Assembly: GCA_025603075.1 (NCBI GenBank)
Contig: MU626370.1
Coordinates: 6,034 to 70,033, forward strand
Direction: 5' to 3'
DNA length: 64,000 nt
Origin: Neoconidiobolus thromboides FSU 785
Lineage: Eukaryota > Fungi > Entomophthoromycota
The notes under the pieces were generated by a model, which was not told the origin of the DNA, did no database searches, and saw nothing but the letters and a program-made list of their open reading frames with translations. Below, one piece after another: positions 60,627 to 64,000 of this stretch (positions are counted from its first letter, which is position 1; each line of letters starts with the position of its first letter). Both the position numbers and the translations under genes were made by a program.

Positions 60627-61037
60627 TATTATTATGAACAGTTTGAAAAAAATTAAATTTGTTAATTTTATGAAGATTCTATAAATGTATTTTATTGGCT
60701 TAGCTCAATCCTTTTGTCATCTTTATGGGAATTTGCTGTAAGTATGGATGCCAAGCAGAATAGCTTTGATTATAGCCGTTAGAGTGTGAATGATTTATAG
60801 TAATAGCTGTTCATTATAATGAAGCAGCCAGTAGTATAGCTACATAAAATGCTAACGATATCAAACATACTCCAATATTCAATATTTAAAATTCAAGCAT
60901 CAAATTTCTAAAAAGGTAGTTGGCTAATTTTAATTGGTTTGAATCAACGTAATAAATTTAAATCAAATAAACTCAAATCCATTCAATTCATTAACTTCAT
61001 TTTTTATTGTTTATATAAAAGAAAAATAACAATCAAG

Positions 61038-61848
61038 ATGTTATTAAAATTCAGCCTCTTATTCGCTTTATACGCGTTACTAGTACAAAGTAATAGTATC
61101 AAATTTGACTTACCTGGACAAGTTCGTTATAGAATTCAAAAGAAATGTTTAACTATGTGGATGGCAAGAGACTCCCATGTTACTGCTCAATTTAACGCTT
61201 TGCAAGCTGCTAGTCAAACTATGCATTTTGAGGTAATTTTTTAGAAATTAATTAGGATTAATAAGTAAAAATTAAAAATTATAGATTTATGATAACACCG
61301 AAAATTATAATAAATATGGTTCTAAGGCTGGGTTTACTGAATCAAGAATTGTATTTACCCCAAGTGAAAGTACCGATGTCTCATTTTGTTTTTGGAATAG
61401 CCTTGATGATGGTAAGAATTAAGATAATCAATAATAAGAATGATGATTTAATAAAATAATGTTATTAGGTGTTGAACCAGGACCAAGTTACTTTAATCAA
61501 GTTAGTTTAGATATTCAAATTGGAAAAACTGAAGAAGAGTATTCTAAATTAGCTAAAGCTGAAAAAATTAAACCACAAGAATTAGAATTATTAAGATTAG
61601 AAGAAAGATTTCATCAACTTATGCAAACTATGGAAGTATTCAAGTTCCGCGATGTTGGTAAAAGTGCTACCCATGGTATGTTATTATTTGAATGTTATTA
61701 TTTGAAGTTTATTTAATATTTTTTTATAGAAATAACTAAAAAGAAAATAGCTAACTTTTCCTTCTTTTCTATCGGCGTTTTAGTCGTTGTTGGTATCTGG
61801 CAAATTGCTTATCTACGTCATTACTTTAAATCTAAGAGATTAATTTAA
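61038..61848 (+). CDS. ERV25: p24/GOLD cargo receptor, delta subfamily (Erv25/TMED10), spliced
   Basis: Signal peptide from ATG 61038, SIKFDL, KIKPQELELLRLE, C-terminal TM + YLRHYFKSKRLI*. Confidence 0.88.
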
Positions 61849-61975
61849 TCTTTTTTATATTGAAAATAGTAGTTTATCTTTAAAAAAATTATTTGTATAT
61901 GCTTTTCATTTTAATATTTTATTTATTGCTATTATTTATTACAGTCAAATTAGGTTAAATCAAATATACTATACA

Positions 61976-62569
61976 CTAATACTTTTTAGCTGGTAACTTA
62001 ATCGTACCACCTAAATTAATATCTTTATTAACCCCATTAGTACCACCAATATCAATATTTAATCCGCCGGATAATATAGTACCAGTAGTAGGATCTCTAC
62101 TCAGTGCACCTCCATAAGAAACCGAGATACCCAATTTATCATTGGCAAAGCCAAAAGATCCACCACCACCTGTATTCACTGAAGTACCTAATGTAGATTT
62201 ATAATCGGAACTGGTACTATAATTAGAATTTGGTGCAACTGAGCCATAATTTGCTCCACCTCCTGTACCAGCTGAATAAGATACACCTGAACTTGCTATT
62301 GGTGTTCCAGTACCTATTGAGCCTTGAACAACCGCTGCTCCGCCACTAGAGTTGCTACCACTACCTATGGTTGTATAAGCTAATGAACCGAAATTCGTGC
62401 CTGTTCCTGTACCTGAACCAGTGGCATTACCAGTGCTAACGCTTTGTGCATTTTGAGTGGGTTGAATAACTGGAGTGGTTTTGACTTCACTTTTATTGTT
62501 GCCTTTATTTTTTGTTGGGGCAGCGATAATTGAGGAGATCAAGAGTAAAGATAACAAATGGAATTTCAT
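61976..62569 (-). CDS. Secreted Gly/Ser/Thr-rich, Cys-free protein
   Basis: Signal peptide MKFHLLSLLLISSIIA; Gly-rich beta-strand-like repeats. Confidence 0.85.
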   Translation of the reverse strand: MKFHLLSLLLISSIIAAPTKNKGNNKSEVKTTPVIQPTQNAQSVSTGNATGSGTGTGTNFGSLAYTTIGSGSNSSGGAAVVQGSIGTGTPIASSGVSYSAGTGGGANYGSVAPNSNYSTSSDYKSTLGTSVNTGGGGSFGFANDKLGISVSYGGALSRDPTTGTILSGGLNIDIGGTNGVNKDINLGGTIKLPAKKY

Positions 62570-62777
62570 ATTAATTGATGTGTAGTTTGGATTAATTTAT
62601 CAAGTGTGATATACTGTTTTTTGATTTTATTTTTTATTTATTGATTTTTTTATACTGTTTTAAATAATTGGTAACTTAACCCCTTTAATTAAGATCTAGA
62701 AGCTTTTGTCTTTCCCTTAAATTAAATTTTGGATTTTTGCATAAATGAAATTTAATTGAAAAAAGTCAAAAAGCAAA

Positions 62778-62859
62778 CGACACCTGCAGGATTTGAACCT
62801 GCGCGGGGAAACCCCATGAGCTTTCTAGGCTCACGCCTTAACCGCTCGGCCAAAGTGTC
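62778..62859 (-). tRNA. tRNA-Ser(AGA)
   Basis: 82 nt, long variable arm GGGGTTTCCCC, anticodon loop CT-AGA-AA. Confidence 0.96.
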
Positions 62860-63204
62860 TCTCGATATGTTAATATAATTATTACGTGCTAAGTATATAT
62901 ATTTCTAAGATCACACTGTACTTGTTTATTAGTACTAATATTTATATAAATTATAAGTTCATGAATATTATTGTATAGCCTTTAGTAAATTATAATCGTC
63001 TGGACTTTTATTAGTTGGCATAGCTCATAGATCTTATAATTTTTTTCTACATGTTGAAAGCTTTTTTTTGAGTTTATATATTTTATTTGATATTCGCAAA
63101 AAAACTAATAGATAGAAGATATCTAAATGATAAAACACAATTTAATATCAATAATCTTAGTAAAATACAATCGTTTGTTTAAATTAAGCTATAATCCATC
63201 ATAT

Positions 63205-63313
63205 GTGGATGTATTTTTGTGTTCAAAGATTTCACTAATAATTTCTCTACTCAAATAGTGCTTAAAAGAAGAAAAAAGTGATGAACTCAAAAAAACATGG
63301 GGATATTTTTTTG
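63205..63313. mobile_element. Diverged MITE with abnormal right end (GGGG instead of CCCC)
   Basis: ATAT|GTGGATGTATTTTT..CTCAAATAGTGCTTAAAA..AAAAAACAT followed by GGGGATATTTTTTTG, possibly the start of a second copy. Confidence 0.7.
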
Positions 63314-63581
63314 AATTTATCTATATATCTTGTATTTTTATACTTCTACTTTTAAAAGTACATCAAGAACTCTTTTTTTTATGAGACGATAATTTTATCT
63401 ATCTCAACTTATTGTTGAATAATAATACAAAAAAAATAGTTAAAGTATATCATGTATATTATGATTATGATTATGTTGTATTACTGTTCGATTATTAGCT
63501 TTTCATGCAATTAAAATTCAAGGAATAGCTATAAAAAAGGAATTCACATATGATAAAAAGCCAAGATAAAATAATTAATGT

Positions 63582-63998
63582 TTATTGTTGTTCATAATAT
63601 ACAATTGGTTTAGCATCATCATGATAAGTAATAAACTTATCAACATCAAGCCATAATCTAGTGCAGCTTATATCCTCTTGTTTTTGACCTTTATCTAGTC
63701 TATGTCGGTATACTTTCCAGCTATCATTATTATCAATAAGGACTTTGGTTTCCTTTGCGTTACAGTTAATAAATTTAACACTATAATCATTGTTTGATCC
63801 AAAATAGAGACCATGACCCTTATCTTCGTTTGTTATATTAAATTTTTGAAAATGGGAAGAACCATATTTGTCAGCGGCATTCTTAATGTAGCAGTCATCG
63901 TTATGAACACAGACAGTAGCATAATGTTTACTCTTACATGTTACAGTGCTAATTAAAAGGGAAAATAAAGCAGAAGCAAGGACGATTTTGTTAATCAT
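63582..63998 (-). CDS. Small secreted protein (138 aa, 4 Cys after the predicted signal peptide)
   Basis: Signal peptide MINKIVLASALFSLLISTVTC; intronless; no family recognised. Confidence 0.75.
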   Translation of the reverse strand: MINKIVLASALFSLLISTVTCKSKHYATVCVHNDDCYIKNAADKYGSSHFQKFNITNEDKGHGLYFGSNNDYSVKFINCNAKETKVLIDNNDSWKVYRHRLDKGQKQEDISCTRLWLDVDKFITYHDDAKPIVYYEQQ

Positions 63999-64000
63999 TG

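Noticed and set aside
4551-63313. CRISPR-array or prokaryotic operon interpretation of the repeats and gene clusters
   Set aside because: The repeats are dispersed with TIRs and TSDs, not regularly spaced; the DNA is eukaryotic with spliceosomal introns.

Overview
This is eukaryotic, very AT-rich fungal genomic DNA with short GT-AG introns of about 41-110 nt. The gene content (trypsin, rhodopsin-like 7TM receptor, TKL kinase-SEL1 proteins) suggests an early-diverging fungus, plausibly Entomophthoromycotina (Conidiobolus-like); that placement is inference. Intron-rich housekeeping genes (PhoD-type phosphatase, MRS3/4, RPL1, GPI12, SEC14, an APSES/ankyrin factor, RSA4, GUT1, DBP5, ERV25) and five tRNAs are interleaved with long intronless accessory genes. 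The latter are three TKL-kinase/14xSEL1/CaaX paralogues, an Argonaute, a PhoA-type phosphatase with an extra N-domain, a 7TM receptor and a trypsin. Features hidden from the ORF track include a spliced 81-aa secreted BPTI/Kunitz-like microprotein and a 53-bp-arm hairpin 3.2 kb upstream of the Argonaute. There are also about 17 copies or fragments of a ~97-bp MITE with 4-bp AWWT-type target duplications, a decayed Sola-like DDD transposase invaded by that MITE, and iron-GATA motifs upstream of the mitoferrin gene. All family calls are by motif recognition; no searches were run.
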